The position numbers were made by a program, and so were the translations under genes. Below, piece after piece: positions 55,113 through 55,176 of a DNA stretch of 55,176 nt. Positions within the stretch are counted from its first letter, which is position 1. Each line of letters opens with the position of its first letter. Location: assembly GCA_041308845.1 (NCBI GenBank), contig JBFZAT010000044.1, positions 1 to 55,176 on the forward strand. The letters run 5' to 3'. This DNA comes from Candidatus Omnitrophota bacterium (GTDB lineage: Bacteria; Omnitrophota; Gorgyraeia; Gygaellales; Profunditerraquicolaceae). Below the pieces are notes generated by a model. The model was given only the letters and a program-made list of their open reading frames with translations, was not told where the DNA came from and ran no database searches.

Positions 55113-55176
55113 AAAACAAAGATTAGAAGATTTTTATGCCGCTAAGGGAGGGCCACAACTAACCTTTGCGGTTTTT

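Noticed and set aside
1-55176. tRNA, rRNA, IS/transposase, integrase or prophage genes
   Set aside because: No such motifs were seen in either the ORFs or the intergenic sequence.

Overview
A 55 kb bacterial chromosomal segment, almost entirely on the + strand. It has no rRNA, tRNA, CRISPR array, transposase or integrase. The gene style resembles Candidatus Omnitrophota (an inference from protein families, not verified). Contents in order: (1) envelope genes, plus one reverse-strand secreted Pro/Glu-repeat protein under a c-di-GMP-I riboswitch; (2) an oxidative, UV and osmotic stress region (exported Fe-SOD, UvsE, LemA, ECF sigma/anti-sigma/Spy with two matching ECF promoters, MscL, AqpZ, ferritin, MscS); (3) a peptidoglycan-remodelling cluster; (4) a trehalose cluster (sensor-fused OtsA, MscS, OtsB, DUF5752, TreT); (5) an orphan RnfA, a UDG and a hydrolase/LbH/reductase trio; (6) a tightly coupled ~10.8 kb operon (MoxR, DUF58, giant membrane/helical protein, Ig-repeat protein, two half-ferritin-like peptides, processive GT2, TPR beta-barrel); (7) an SDR, a nitronate monooxygenase-family enzyme and PabB. 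The most striking unannotated signal is a 48-bp bipartite motif (AAGACGTTTTAYNTAAN-N18-TTAYGAAACAAAT). It occurs 8 times between 7.9 and 19.9 kb with invariant spacing and looks like a Xer/dif core. It sits in one orientation after gene ends and the opposite orientation before gene starts, suggesting recombination-bounded gene modules. Two copies of a Na+/Li+-type riboswitch-like RNA with overlapping terminators precede mscS and the cell-wall cluster. All family assignments come from motif recognition by eye; no searches were run.
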